Shown here: one piece after another, positions 61,371-64,000 of the stretch
Layout: each line of letters begins with the position of its first letter
How positions within the stretch are numbered: position 1 is the stretch's first letter
Assembly: GCF_030144855.1 (NCBI RefSeq)
Contig: NC_082735.1
Location: forward strand, 26,908,001-26,972,000
From: Hypanus sabinus
Taxonomy: Eukaryota
Length of the DNA stretch: 64,000 bases
Direction of reading: 5' to 3'
The notes under the pieces: model-generated
What the model was told of the DNA's origin: nothing
Database searches by the model: none
What the model saw: only the letters and a program-made list of their open reading frames with translations
Position numbers and translations under genes: made by a program

Positions 61371-64000
61371 ATTCAGAATGTGCTTTCTTGCCGCTATGAA
61401 CCAACAGTTGATCAAGATTTGCCTCATTAAATCGGGAAGCAACTTTTTCTATATTTCTATTCCCTATTGTCAGACACAATTCCTCCACTTCCTCAAAATT
61501 CTATCTGTGCATTGCCTTGCTAGATGATAGAAGTGATATTGCTCTGCGGTCTCTCTGGGCAAGTTGAAAATGCAAAACAATGAAGTAAGATTAACCTGTC
61601 ACATTGAAAGCAGATATTGTCCTATGTTCCATGCCCTACGCGTACTTTCACATCCCTGTTCAGATCCCAATAATACATTAACTTCAACCTTCCTTATTGG
61701 AATTAATTACAACTTAGATCAAAAAGAAATATTGATGTAAGTAAGTTTTCTCTTGGACCCATGCATACATCTACTTGTGCATATGACAATAAACAGGTGG
61801 AACAGGTGGATATTAAATGGCTTATTGCCCGAAGAGATTAATCCATTAAAAAGCAAAAAGAGCTTTAGTAAATAAACTCGTTAAGCTCAAAAAGGATAAA
61901 CTCCTGGTGTAGTGGTTCAAAAGACTGAACCAAAATCAAACAGGACAATTGCCACCTGCTTGCAAGCATACGGGTTGTTATACTTGCGTGACATGCTCAC
62001 AGCTCCAAAGAGTCAAATTCCTGATTTTGATCCCTTATTAGCAATTAGCAAACATACAATTAAGCAATATTGAGCATTATCTCAGTGGTCACCAAGCTAC
62101 AAATTGCTATGAAATAAGCAAGAATACGAAACTTATTCCCCTCGCTTTTACCACGCTCCCACTAACGTGACTGGTTACCGTAATAAACACAGAATACGTG
62201 GCTCCTACACCTAGGCTTAAATGGGCTGTATCCACCCATTCAGAAAAAATCTGCAGAACAGATTGGCAGATGCATTACTATATACATTTAATAATCCGTT
62301 GGGAAAAGGTATTATACCAAAAGACTAGCAAATATCTAACTCAATACCTGTATTCCAGAGGCAGGTAGAACAGGTCCAGGGAAGTCTTTCAAGTCTAGGG
62401 TAGTCAGCTTAATATCAGTGGTGGAGATACAATGGTCTAGAAACAAAATTTGATGAAAAGTTGGGACCATAACATTTCTGGTGACATAACGTGCATATTT
62501 ACTAGATTTTCAAAAGTCATTTGAAAAGTCATTGGTCCCCCAAACTACTAATTCTGAAAAAAAGTTAGGAAATGCAAAGTGTTGGAACGAACAATAAAGG
62601 AAGCAGAACTTTGTGAACAAAGTTGCACACAGCCAACTGAGAAATGGCCCAAATTGGTTAAGAAGAATAGGCTGTTATTGGCAGATATGAATCTAATTGA
62701 TCTAATGGCCCACAAGGAAAGAAGATCTATAAAGTTATAGCGTAAGTTAGCAAAGTGGTAAAAACAGCAATCCAAGTACTGGAGTTTGACTGGAAACTTC
62801 CCAAATAATATCATAAGTTGCTAAGAGCATCTGTGATAGCTAGGAATCATCTACAGCAGAGTTTGCAATGTTTGGTCTGTAAATCACATCAGCAACTGGA
62901 GAAATCATCAATCTAGCCGACTGCGGCTACACTATGTGGATGTGTAGGGTCAGAGGAGAGTGATGCCCATTTCACTCATTTTACATCATTCACAGATGGC
63001 ATGTTACTCGAGAGGAATTCCAGTACTGGCCATTAACTCCACCAGAGTTTATGTGGATAATGACCATTCTCTTTGCTGAGGTGAGGGGTGAGAGCAGCTC
63101 AGATTGTGATGGTGCTGATACATCTTGTGATGGAAGAGTGACCGAGTCATGATCAGTACTTCAATATCAGAGGCAATCATCTTGTAATTCTCCAAAACTC
63201 CATTATTAAGCTACTTTTATTGTTTTTTTTTTGCAATCTAAAAGTCAGTGGTTAGTTTACCTCTGTCAAGGAAGTTTCTCTTCTTTACTGCCCAAAATGG
63301 CCAGGCTGGCCATCTACAGTAACCTTTTGGAGATCCAAGAGAGACTGCAGGCACTGGAATTTGGAGTGACAAACAGACAAAACATTGGGGGAAGTGTGTG
63401 TGTGTGTTTTTGTGTGTGCGCGTGTGCGCGCGCAATTCAGAAACAGCTTCTTCCCCTCTGCCATCTGATTCCTAAATGAACATTGGACACTACCTCACTT
63501 TTTTAAATAGACAATATTTCTGTTTTTTGCCCAGTTTTTTGTGTTCAATGTACATAATTGATTTACTTGTTTATTTATTTTTATGTTTTATTTTATTCAT
63601 TATTATTATATTTTTCTCTCTACTAGATTATGTATTGCATCGAACTGCTGCTGCTAAGTTAACAAATTTCACGTCACAAGCTGGTGATAATAAACCTGAT
63701 TCTGATTCTATGGGCCTGCTGACACCATGGGTTGCCTGCACCTTCTGCTGAAAAATTATCTTGCAGTTTGGAACTGAATCACTGTAGGTAGGGACTGTAG
63801 ATTATCTTTTGCCTCCTCAACATATTTTGAAATGCCCTGGAGTATATAATTAGTATATCTGCTAAAGCTGTTTTATAATACACTATTTCTCAATTCCCTT
63901 AGGTTAATTTCAATTCTGCTTCATCTAATCCATGTACTTTACATATCTGCCCCCAGTCTCCTCTCATTCTTACTCAAAGTTTATTTCCGTAATATTTCAC

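Overview
Eukaryotic (vertebrate) DNA. The repeat content (V-SINE/HE1-like SINEs, CR1, Rex1/Babar, Penelope-like elements) points to a cartilaginous fish; this is an inference. The first 21 kb holds two complete, spliced housekeeping genes in tandem on the minus strand. RPL11 has 6 coding exons and 178 aa. A divergent eEF1A paralogue has 1 non-coding plus 7 coding exons and 461 aa, with a 161-bp duplication across its exon 2 donor. Both genes have 5'TOP-like starts. The remaining ~43 kb is repeat-rich with no host gene I can support. It contains a full-length decayed Gypsy LTR retrotransposon (49474-54102), five related solo LTRs, CR1/Rex/RTE LINE fragments, Tc1 and hAT non-autonomous DNA elements, and many Penelope-like fragments with a minimal hammerhead-ribozyme consensus; a Tigger/MER2-like element sits in an RPL11 intron. 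The most striking observation concerns the Gypsy element. It has no tRNA primer-binding site. The PBS position instead holds a perfect 15-16 nt complement of its own LTR poly(A)-signal segment, and its RT reads YLDN rather than YxDD. Together these suggest a tRNA-independent, self-priming lineage. There are two assembly gaps (7394-7557, 31453-31660). Boundaries of old repeats are approximate, and comparisons with human or zebrafish sequences are from memory, not from a search.
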